Shown in pieces: positions 1 to 7,336 of a stretch of DNA of 64,000 nt. Both the position numbers and the translations under genes were made by a program. Source of the DNA: Sediminibacterium sp. (GTDB lineage Bacteria; Bacteroidota; Bacteroidia; Chitinophagales; Chitinophagaceae); NCBI GenBank assembly GCA_965229175.1, contig CBDDIT010000045.1:25742-89741 (forward strand), read 5' to 3'. The notes beneath the pieces were generated by a model. It was not told the DNA's origin and did no database searches. It saw only the letters and a list, made by a program, of their open reading frames with translations. Each line of letters starts with the position of its first letter. Positions within the stretch are counted from its first letter, which is position 1.

Positions 1-176
1 GAAAATTTTAGACCAAAATAATTATTAGCATACTTTTTTAAATCAATTAAATCGAAGTCGACCATAAAATCTACATCACTTTTATCTGTAAATCGGTCAG
101 ATACTACAGATCCAAATACATAAAGACTCTTTACATTATATAAAATGCAAACCGTTTTATGTCTGCGGAGTATCTG
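1..176 (-). pseudogene. Nucleotidyltransferase-domain (MNT/KNTase-like) gene fragment that runs off the left edge
   Basis: My own translation of minus strand 176->1 gives QILRRHKTVCILYNVKSLYVFGSVVSDRFTDKSDVDFMVDFDLIDLKKYANNYFGLKF. The pattern LYVFGS...SDVDFMVDF matches the G-S / D-x-D signature of minimal nucleotidyltransferases. There is an in-frame TAA at 177-179 and no ATG/GTG/TTG before the GS motif, so the start is missing or non-canonical. The fragment is absent from the supplied ORF track. Confidence 0.4.
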
Positions 177-346
177 TTAATATAAGTCGTCGGGATATCG
201 AAAATAATTTACCTATTTTAAAAAGTCTGGACTTTCATAAATTCTTAGTCATTTTCTATCACATAAAATTACGTATCTTTTTCCTCCGAACAAGTTGTCA
301 GCAGGATTAAAATGCAGGCAACTACAATGCTTCACTAAATATAAGT

Positions 347-354
347 TACCTTTG
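347..354 (+). promoter_or_regulatory. Candidate Bacteroidota sigma-A -7 box (TACCTTTG)
   Basis: The octamer fits TAnnTTTG and lies about 35 nt upstream of the ATG at 389. I saw no clear -33 TTTG. Confidence 0.3.
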
Positions 355-388
355 CACTTCCTGTTGAAAAACAGCAAACCTCTCTCAA

Positions 389-1522
389 ATGAAAAAACAG
401 CGTACGGACAACTTCGACAAGTTTGCCAATAAGAAGAAAGGCAGTGCCATTAAGGAGCAATACCGCCAGGAAAAGAAAAAGGAAAAAGCGGCTTCCCGTG
501 CTTTAGGCGAAGAGTTGCGGCAGAAGAAAAAAGACAAGATGCGCGGCATTGAAACGCCCCCGAAAGAAGAACGTCAGCCAGCGGCCCGGTTTGGGAAACG
601 CGTACCGGCAGCGGGTGCCGCAAGACCCGATACCAAAAGAACAGGTGCCAGGGGACCGGTGAAGCCCGGCAAACGGCAGCCTGGTAAAGTGCAGGACGCA
701 TCTGTTCCACCCGAAGGCGGACAGTTGGCAGCTAATACTACCGAGTTGATGCCATTGAATAAATTCATTGCGCATGCGGGTGTATGCGGAAGAAGGGAAG
801 CGGCGGAGCTGGTAAAAGCGGGCTATGTAACTGTAAATGGCGATAAGATTTTTGAACCCGGGTATAAAGTAACGGGTATTGATAAAGTGTTGGTAAAGGG
901 CAAGCAGGTATTCCTGCAGCGGAATGCCGTTTATATTTTACTGAATAAACCCAAGGACTTTATTACCACGTCCAACGATCCGCAGGGCCGGAAAACCGTG
1001 CTGGACCTGGTGAAACAGGCAACACCCGAAAGAGTATACCCAGTAGGAAGGCTTGACAGGAATACGACAGGGGTATTATTACTGACAAATGATGGTGAAC
1101 TGGCGCAAAAGTTAACGCACCCTTCTTTTGAAGTAAAAAAAATATACGAAGTAACACTCGACAAACCCGTTACCAGGAAAGACCTGGAGAGCATAGTAAC
1201 CGGCATCACATTGGAAGATGGGTTTATACAGGCTGATGCCGCAGGTTATGCAGATGCCAAAGACAAGCATGTTGTGGGCATTGAGATCCATAGCGGCCGT
1301 AACAGGATTGTGAGAAGAATATTTGAACATTTGGGATATGATGTGAAGGGGCTTGACAGGGTAATGTTCGCCAACCTTACCAAAAAGAATGTAGACAGAA
1401 GCAAATGGCGCTTTCTGAATGAAAAAGAAGTGCGTTTACTTAAGTTCATGAATAAATCTTTCCTCCGAAAAAGCACCGGGCCTGCGGGAAAGCGTGGAGC
1501 CGATACCGGCGATGGTGAATAA
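389..1522 (+). CDS. rluB: RsuA/RluB-family 23S rRNA pseudouridine synthase with a Lys/Arg-rich N-terminal extension
   Basis: An S4 domain (MPLNKFIAHAGVCGRREAAELVKAGYVTVNGDKI) is followed by the catalytic motif GRLDRNTTGVLLLTNDG. The first ~110 aa are a low-complexity K/R/E/P-rich tail. Confidence 0.85.
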   Translation: MKKQRTDNFDKFANKKKGSAIKEQYRQEKKKEKAASRALGEELRQKKKDKMRGIETPPKEERQPAARFGKRVPAAGAARPDTKRTGARGPVKPGKRQPGKVQDASVPPEGGQLAANTTELMPLNKFIAHAGVCGRREAAELVKAGYVTVNGDKIFEPGYKVTGIDKVLVKGKQVFLQRNAVYILLNKPKDFITTSNDPQGRKTVLDLVKQATPERVYPVGRLDRNTTGVLLLTNDGELAQKLTHPSFEVKKIYEVTLDKPVTRKDLESIVTGITLEDGFIQADAAGYADAKDKHVVGIEIHSGRNRIVRRIFEHLGYDVKGLDRVMFANLTKKNVDRSKWRFLNEKEVRLLKFMNKSFLRKSTGPAGKRGADTGDGE

Positions 1523-1542
1523 TCAATTCCAAAACCTTATTT

Positions 1543-2247
1543 GTGAACATTATACTTGACAACGATCAATTTATTGCGGTTAACAAACCATCGGGCCTGT
1601 TGAGCATACCCGACAGGCTGGGGCAGGAAATTTCCCTGAAAGATATATTGAAAGAAAAATACGGGGCTATTTATACCGTGCACCGGTTAGACAGGGATAC
1701 CAGCGGTATTATTGTATTTGCGAAAACAGAGGAAAGTCACAAAGAATTGTCCCAACTTTTCGAGGGCCGGGAAATGGAAAAATACTATGCAGGCCTGGTA
1801 TATGGAAACATGATGGTGCCCCGGGGCAGTATTGACGCCCCGACAATGGAACATCCCGGCAAGACCACTAAAATGGTAACACACGCGAAAGGAAAGGCTT
1901 CCCTTACTGACTATGAAGTGCTGGAGTCATTCCGCCAGTATTCCTGGGTACAGTTCAGGATCCATACCGGCCGTACCCACCAGATCCGTGTGCATATGCA
2001 GCATATCGGCCACCCGATCGTTTGCGACGAGTTGTATGGAGATCCGAAACCGGTATTATTATCTTCTCTAAAAAAGAATTTTAAGCTGTCGAAAATGGCT
2101 GATGAAGAACGGCCCATCCTGTCGAGGCTGGCCCTGCACTCTTACAGGCTCCGGTTTACGCTGCAGGGAGAGGCTTTTGACCTGGAGGCGGAAATACCCA
2201 AAGACCTGCGGGCTTTGCTTACGCAGCTGCGGAAGTGGAAGGCTTGA
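1543..2247 (+). CDS. RluA-family pseudouridine synthase
   Basis: Contains the catalytic motif HRLDRDTSGIIVFAK and the HQIRVH motif. It uses a GTG start at 1543, 20 nt after the previous stop, so the two synthase genes are probably co-transcribed. Confidence 0.85.
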   Translation: MNIILDNDQFIAVNKPSGLLSIPDRLGQEISLKDILKEKYGAIYTVHRLDRDTSGIIVFAKTEESHKELSQLFEGREMEKYYAGLVYGNMMVPRGSIDAPTMEHPGKTTKMVTHAKGKASLTDYEVLESFRQYSWVQFRIHTGRTHQIRVHMQHIGHPIVCDELYGDPKPVLLSSLKKNFKLSKMADEERPILSRLALHSYRLRFTLQGEAFDLEAEIPKDLRALLTQLRKWKA

Positions 2248-2262
2248 TACCAGATTGCGTTG

Positions 2263-3540
2263 TCAATCGTTTTTATACACAACCCCGTTCTTCATAACAA
2301 ACTTTACCCTTCCCATACTATTTATATCTTTTACGGGGTCGCCATCAACCGCAATGATGTCGGCCAGTTTATCTTTTTCAATGATGCCAATCCTGTCATC
2401 GCCCAGGAGATCGGCAGCATGTAAGGTGGCGGCCCTGATGGCTTCCAAAATGGGCATGCCCGCTTCCGTCATATAAACAAATTCCATCCAGTTCTTGCCA
2501 TGCGCGTACACCCCGGCATCGGTACCGAATGCGATTTTAACGCCGGCCTTATAGGCTTTGGCAAATGTGGCCTGTATGTAGTTGCCAACCACCAGTGCTT
2601 TGGCCCGAACAATATCCGGATAGTAGCCTGGCTTCTTGGCCGAGTCGGCGGATGATTTACCGGCGATGATGGTGGGCACAAGATAAGTGCCTCTTTCTTT
2701 CATCAATTGCATCACTTCTTCACTCATATAGGTTCCATGTTCAATGGAACTAACGCCGCCCAGAACGGCACGTTTCATGCCTTCCGCGCCATGGGCATGC
2801 GCCGCTACCTTAAAACCATAATCTTTGGCTGTGGCAACAATGGCCCTTACTTCCGCTTCGGTAAACTGTGCGCCGGCACCGTCTTTGGCCATACTTAATA
2901 CACCACCTGTAGCCGTTATTTTGATCAGGTCTGAACCATCTTTATAGCGTTGCCGTACAGCTTTGGCGCAATCATCCGGGCCATTCACCACCCCTTCCCG
3001 CGGACCGGGATCGCCCATCAGGTCTTTCCTGTAGTTGTTGGTAGGGTCGGCATGTCCGCCGGTAGTAGCAATGGATTTGCCTGCCGTATAAATGCGCGGC
3101 CCTTTCACCCATTCTTTGTTAACCGCATTACGTAATGATATATTGGCACCTGTTCCACCCAGATCTCTTACCGCCGTAAAGCCACTCATCAGCGTTTTTT
3201 CGGCAAATACCACCGATTGAAAGGCATAATCCGGGCCATTCCAGGTAAACCCATTGAGATAGTTGTTGGGGCTTGTTTCGCTTTCCAGGTGTACATGCAT
3301 ATCTATGAGCCCTGGCATTACGGTTTTGCTTTTCAGGTCCACCAGTTTGTCAGCGGCCGTGGCAGCGGTATATCCTTTTTCTACCCCGGTAATCCGGTTT
3401 TCGGTTACGATGATAGACATCTCTTTCAATACAGCTAAATTCTTAACATCTATCAGTTGCCCGCAATGGATAATGGTGCGCTGGGCGTTGAGGTTGAGGA
3501 GCAGGCACACGAGGATACAGAGCAGGGAGAACTTTCTCAT
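2263..3540 (-). CDS. Secreted amidohydrolase-family metallohydrolase
   Basis: Has a signal peptide (MRKFSLLCILVCLLLNLNAQ), the metal-binding motif PGLIDMHVHL, and the later AHAHG and GTDAG motifs typical of the amidohydrolase superfamily. Confidence 0.8.
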   Translation of the reverse strand: MRKFSLLCILVCLLLNLNAQRTIIHCGQLIDVKNLAVLKEMSIIVTENRITGVEKGYTAATAADKLVDLKSKTVMPGLIDMHVHLESETSPNNYLNGFTWNGPDYAFQSVVFAEKTLMSGFTAVRDLGGTGANISLRNAVNKEWVKGPRIYTAGKSIATTGGHADPTNNYRKDLMGDPGPREGVVNGPDDCAKAVRQRYKDGSDLIKITATGGVLSMAKDGAGAQFTEAEVRAIVATAKDYGFKVAAHAHGAEGMKRAVLGGVSSIEHGTYMSEEVMQLMKERGTYLVPTIIAGKSSADSAKKPGYYPDIVRAKALVVGNYIQATFAKAYKAGVKIAFGTDAGVYAHGKNWMEFVYMTEAGMPILEAIRAATLHAADLLGDDRIGIIEKDKLADIIAVDGDPVKDINSMGRVKFVMKNGVVYKND

Positions 3541-3603
3541 GGAGTTAATTTCCGGTAAGATAATAAAATTCCTGCGGCAAAGCGTGCGCTCTACCCCATC
3601 TCT

Positions 3604-4239
3604 CTATTTATTGGGTTGTGGAGTATACCTGAGGTAAGGTTTTACAATATCAACCCCCTTAGGAAACTTCTTGATAGCGTCTTCCGTGCTTACGGCGGGC
3701 ACTACAATTACGTCTTCCCCTTCTTTCCAGTCGGCCGGCGTGGCTACACTATAGTTGGCGGTAAGCTGCAGCGAATCAATCACACGCAATACCTCAACAA
3801 AGTTCCTTCCGGTAGAAGCCGGATAGGTAATCATCAATTTTACTTTCTTATCGGGGCCAATGATGAACAGGGAACGAACCGTAAAGGTTTCAGAAGCATT
3901 GGGATGAATCATCCGATAAGCGTTGGCCACTGATTTATCTACGTCAGAAATGATGGGAAAATCCACTGTTGTCTTCTGGGTTTCGTTAATATCATTGATC
4001 CAGCCTTCATGCCTTTCAAGACTGTCTACACTCAGTGCCAGTACTTTTACATTTCTTTTCTCAAACTCCGCTTTTAAAGATGCCGTTCTTCCCAACTCGG
4101 TGGTACATACCGGGGTATAATCAGCGGGGTGAGAGAATAATACGCCCCAGCTGTCGCCGAGATATTCATAAAAATCAATGTCACCAATAGAGGTGCTGGC
4201 TTTGAAATTTGGCGCGATATCGCCTAAACGTAAACTCAT
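3604..4239 (-). CDS. 1-Cys (Prx6-type) peroxiredoxin
   Basis: Reads MSLRLGDIAPNF...FSHPADYTPVCTTELG, with the PVCTTE active site. I prefer the ATG at 4239. The ORF-track start at 4263 adds 8 aa that are unusual for this family. Confidence 0.85.
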   Translation of the reverse strand: MSLRLGDIAPNFKASTSIGDIDFYEYLGDSWGVLFSHPADYTPVCTTELGRTASLKAEFEKRNVKVLALSVDSLERHEGWINDINETQKTTVDFPIISDVDKSVANAYRMIHPNASETFTVRSLFIIGPDKKVKLMITYPASTGRNFVEVLRVIDSLQLTANYSVATPADWKEGEDVIVVPAVSTEDAIKKFPKGVDIVKPYLRYTPQPNK

Positions 4240-4304
4240 AGGGTTGTGGTTTTGAGTTATCAAATTTAATGATTTCCTACTAAAAAAGTAGACTACTTAA
4301 AAAT

Positions 4305-5471
4305 TTAACGATCGGGTTGCTTTTTCACGGTCCGGGCCTTTTGCAGTGAGGCTTTCCCAAACTTATTCTTCACTTCGTCGATGGCCTTGTACAGGTTATT
4401 CTTCCGCTCGGCATCGTCAAACAGGCTGGCCTGTACGGGGTGGTTGGTAAGTTCACTCAGCCGCACCCCCAGCAGCCGAACCGGTTGGCCCTTCCGGTAC
4501 AATTTGTGAAAAAGGTCTATTGCAACCGGTATCATTTCATCGTCGCGCAAGGTATAATCGATTGTGGTTTGCCGGGATGTTGTTTCGAAATCGGGGTACC
4601 GGATCTTTACCGCCACACATCCCGCCAGCTTTCCATCCTGGCGAAGCTCATACCCTACCCTTTCCGCCATCCTTACCAGTTCGCGTAATAAAAACTCCGT
4701 ATCGTTTGAATTTTCTTCGAATGTATTTTCAGTGGAAATGGATTTCGCTTCATGGTACGGATGCACTTCACCATGGTGAATACCCTGCGATTTGTTCCAT
4801 AGCCCTACCCCATATTTGCCCAGTTTTTTTTCGAGAACAGCAAGCGGCGTTTCACTCAGATCACGGATGGTATGTATACCCATGGCCTTCAGCGTAAGAA
4901 AAGTTTGCTCGCCCACCCCCGAAAACTTATTTACCGGCAGGGGTGCCAGGAACTCTTTTTCCATACCGGGTTGTACAAAAATATAGCCATTGGGTTTGGC
5001 CTCATCGGTTGCGATCTTGGCGATCATTTTATTGGTTCCCAGCCCAAATGATATAGGCAGCTGTGTTTGGCTGATGATCTCTTCACGCAGGCTGATGGTC
5101 CATTGGTAGGGATCAAAGAACCTGTCCATCCCTGTGAGGTCGATAAAAAATTCATCAATCGATGCTTTCTCAAACAAGGGGGCTTTGGCAGCGATGATAT
5201 CGGTTACCCAGCGGGAATAACGGCTGTATTCGCCACGGGTTCCCCGCACAAGGATGGCATGCGGGCAGAGTTTTAACGCGGTTTTCATGGGCATAGCACT
5301 CTTTACCCCGAACTTACGGGCCTCATAGCTGCAGGTACTAACCACACCCCTTTCCGCCGAACCGCCCACGATAACCGCCTTTCCTTTGAGCGAGGGATCG
5401 TTGAGTACCTCAACGCTTACAAAGAAAGAGTCGAGATCGAAATGGGCAATATACCGCTGGGGGGTGGCCAT
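4305..5471 (-). CDS. dinB: DNA polymerase IV (Y-family)
   Basis: MATPQRYIAHFDLDSFFVSVE is a canonical DinB N-terminus, and SIDEFFIDLTG is present. I chose the internal ATG at 5471. The 51 codons upstream in the ORF track are a low-complexity translation of the leader. Confidence 0.9.
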   Translation of the reverse strand: MATPQRYIAHFDLDSFFVSVEVLNDPSLKGKAVIVGGSAERGVVSTCSYEARKFGVKSAMPMKTALKLCPHAILVRGTRGEYSRYSRWVTDIIAAKAPLFEKASIDEFFIDLTGMDRFFDPYQWTISLREEIISQTQLPISFGLGTNKMIAKIATDEAKPNGYIFVQPGMEKEFLAPLPVNKFSGVGEQTFLTLKAMGIHTIRDLSETPLAVLEKKLGKYGVGLWNKSQGIHHGEVHPYHEAKSISTENTFEENSNDTEFLLRELVRMAERVGYELRQDGKLAGCVAVKIRYPDFETTSRQTTIDYTLRDDEMIPVAIDLFHKLYRKGQPVRLLGVRLSELTNHPVQASLFDDAERKNNLYKAIDEVKNKFGKASLQKARTVKKQPDR

Positions 5472-5691
5472 ACTGCTAAGGTAGGAATTGCGAATTACGG
5501 ATTGTGGATTACGGATTGGGATTTGCCTGGGGGGGGTATTTGTGGGTTGTGGATGAAGGTTTATTTTCGGGGGATGGAAGAGGGGGCACTGGCGGAGTTG
5601 AAAAAGATTGTTTTTGGGGTTCATCCTTTGTCGGATGAGGAATGGGGAGATTTTGCTTCCATCTGATACCCATGGCAGGCCTACTAAAAAA

Positions 5692-5988
5692 ATGTCGGCC
5701 CCTAAAGACCATTATCCGCAGGTGCAGGAGGATAGTCATAAGGTAATTGCCGAGTTCATTGAACACCAGGAACAGCTGCTTGGCTTACTGGGGCAGGCTT
5801 CCATTGTTGACATCAATCAAGCAAGGGTACCCGTATCCATCGCAAAATGGATGAAACTGAAACTGGGAGATACCTTCCTGTTTTTAATTGCGCATCATTA
5901 CCGGCATGTTCTGCAGGCGGGAAGGGCATTAGAGAAAGAAGGGGTGGGGGGCAGGAAGCCGGAGTCTTTTGTTTTGTCGGAATTATGA
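5692..5988 (+). CDS. Hypothetical protein, possibly the C-terminal part of a DinB/YfiT-like helical-bundle protein
   Basis: The only family hint is the ending LFLIAHHYRHVLQAGRAL, which resembles the HxxxH...Q end of DinB_2-type proteins. The product looks short for that family and the start is uncertain (5608 or 5692). Confidence 0.3.
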   Translation: MSAPKDHYPQVQEDSHKVIAEFIEHQEQLLGLLGQASIVDINQARVPVSIAKWMKLKLGDTFLFLIAHHYRHVLQAGRALEKEGVGGRKPESFVLSEL

Positions 5989-5991
5989 GGG

Positions 5992-6510
5992 TTAGCGATA
6001 CACATCCAGGAGGCCATCGGGAAGCGTTACGTGTACCTGCTTTTTTGTGTGATCAATTTTGTTTAGGGTTTCGGCATGGAGAGGTATTAGTGCTTCTTTA
6101 CCTTCGAGGCTGATACGCAGGAGTACCTGGTGAGGTTGTTCAATTACTTCTTCTATAGGCCCAAGGCTTCCATCGTCTTCGGATACCAGTTCAAAACCCA
6201 GCAGGGAAATAGCGGCCGTTTTTCCGGCCAGCTTGCGAAAATCCTGATCCAGCAACCATACGTTACGCGTAGACAACCGGTTGGCAGCTTCTTTGGTATT
6301 GACGGATTCCAGTTTTACATATGTCTCTTCTTCATTCCTGGCTTTGGAAGATTCTATAAAATAGGGCAGATAAGAACCTTTTACTTCTTCCACAAAAAGA
6401 GCATCAATATCTTTCAGTATCGTTTTTTTACCCAATGCGTGCTTGAGTATCACTTCGCCGGTAAGGCCGAAGCTGGCAACGATCTTTCCAATGTGGATGT
6501 AGTCTTTCAT
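5992..6510 (-). CDS. rimM: 16S rRNA processing protein RimM
   Basis: The N-terminus IGKIVASFGLTGEVILKH is the RimM signature, the size is typical (172 aa), and the gene lies downstream of rpsP as in the classical operon. Confidence 0.9.
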   Translation of the reverse strand: MKDYIHIGKIVASFGLTGEVILKHALGKKTILKDIDALFVEEVKGSYLPYFIESSKARNEEETYVKLESVNTKEAANRLSTRNVWLLDQDFRKLAGKTAAISLLGFELVSEDDGSLGPIEEVIEQPHQVLLRISLEGKEALIPLHAETLNKIDHTKKQVHVTLPDGLLDVYR

Positions 6511-6536
6511 GGAAGGGGATTCAAAAGTAAAAAGTA

Positions 6537-6599
6537 AAAATTAAAAAGTCAAAATTCAAAAGATTGGTTTTGACTTTTGAATTTTGACTTTTTAATTTT
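6537..6599. terminator. Perfect 26-bp inverted repeat (hairpin) between rpsP and rimM
   Basis: The left arm at 6537-6562 (aaaattaaaaagtcaaaattcaaaag) is the exact reverse complement of 6574-6599, with an 11-nt loop. T-rich sequence follows on the minus strand. Confidence 0.6.
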
Positions 6600-6658
6600 G
6601 AATTATAAAAAAAGGATCGAAATTTCTTTCGATCCCTGGAATATTGTCAGCCGTACAT

Positions 6659-7129
6659 CTAAGCTTCAGCTGGTGCTTCAGCCGGACCTTCAGAAACTTC
6701 AGCTTGCTTGGATTCCACTTTTCTTGCTACTGGAACATAAGCTTTCTTGGCTCTTTGTGTCTTCTTGTGCTCTTCTGAACGACGGGTAACGTTGCTTTCA
6801 TGCTCAGTATGCCAGGCTTGGAACTTGGTCATAGCTGTTGCTTCATCAAACAATCCCAGTTTCACACCTCTTAACAGGTGCTTCAGGAACAATACTCCCT
6901 TGAAAGAGAGGATTCGGCGAACAGTATCCGTAGGTTGTGCACCTTTGTTCAGCCATTCCAGCGCTTTCTGACGATCGAGCTGAATGGTTGCGGGTACTGT
7001 AAGCGGGTTGTAAGTTCCCACTTTCTGGATGAACTTACCATCCCTTGGGGCACGGGCGTCGGCCACTACAATAAAGTAGAATGGACGCTTTTTACTACCG
7101 TGTCTCTGTAGTCTCATTTTTACTGCCAT
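6659..7129 (-). CDS. rpsP: 30S ribosomal protein S16 with a C-terminal extension
   Basis: Begins [43 protein letters not shown] chose the start at 7129; the 30 upstream codons in the ORF track are not S16-like. Confidence 0.92.
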   Translation of the reverse strand: MAVKMRLQRHGSKKRPFYFIVVADARAPRDGKFIQKVGTYNPLTVPATIQLDRQKALEWLNKGAQPTDTVRRILSFKGVLFLKHLLRGVKLGLFDEATAMTKFQAWHTEHESNVTRRSEEHKKTQRAKKAYVPVARKVESKQAEVSEGPAEAPAEA

Positions 7130-7336
7130 GTTAAATAGAAATTTAACGTTAGGAATTTGGTTAATCTGACTAAGAATAATCAGGACGACAAAATTAACCC
7201 GAAATACCGGGTTGACCAAGTTTAAAAGAAAAGGAATTGTTAGAAATTGAGTGCCTTCCGAATAAATAAGGTATTGAATTATAAATATTTGTAAATAAAT
7301 ACATTACAAATATAAAATATACATCTAAGTATTGTA

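Noticed and set aside
5472-5624. N-terminal extensions offered by the ORF track for dinB (to 5624), rpsP (to 7219), ffh (to 10989), rpoD (to 12116), mpg (to 28314), bshA (from 31577), PorP/SprF (from 26376) and EI24 (from 28093).
   Set aside because: In each case an internal Met begins a canonical family N-terminus. The extra residues are low-complexity translations of leader repeats, or they would overlap the divergent neighbour.
5442-5988. The possibility that ORFs 5442-5666 (MEEGALAELKKIVFGVHPLSDEEWGDFASI, vaguely Crp-N-terminal-like) and 5608-5988 are two halves of one frameshifted regulator gene.
   Set aside because: I could not build a convincing continuous family-like sequence across any frame junction. 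The second ORF is kept only as a low-confidence hypothetical CDS.
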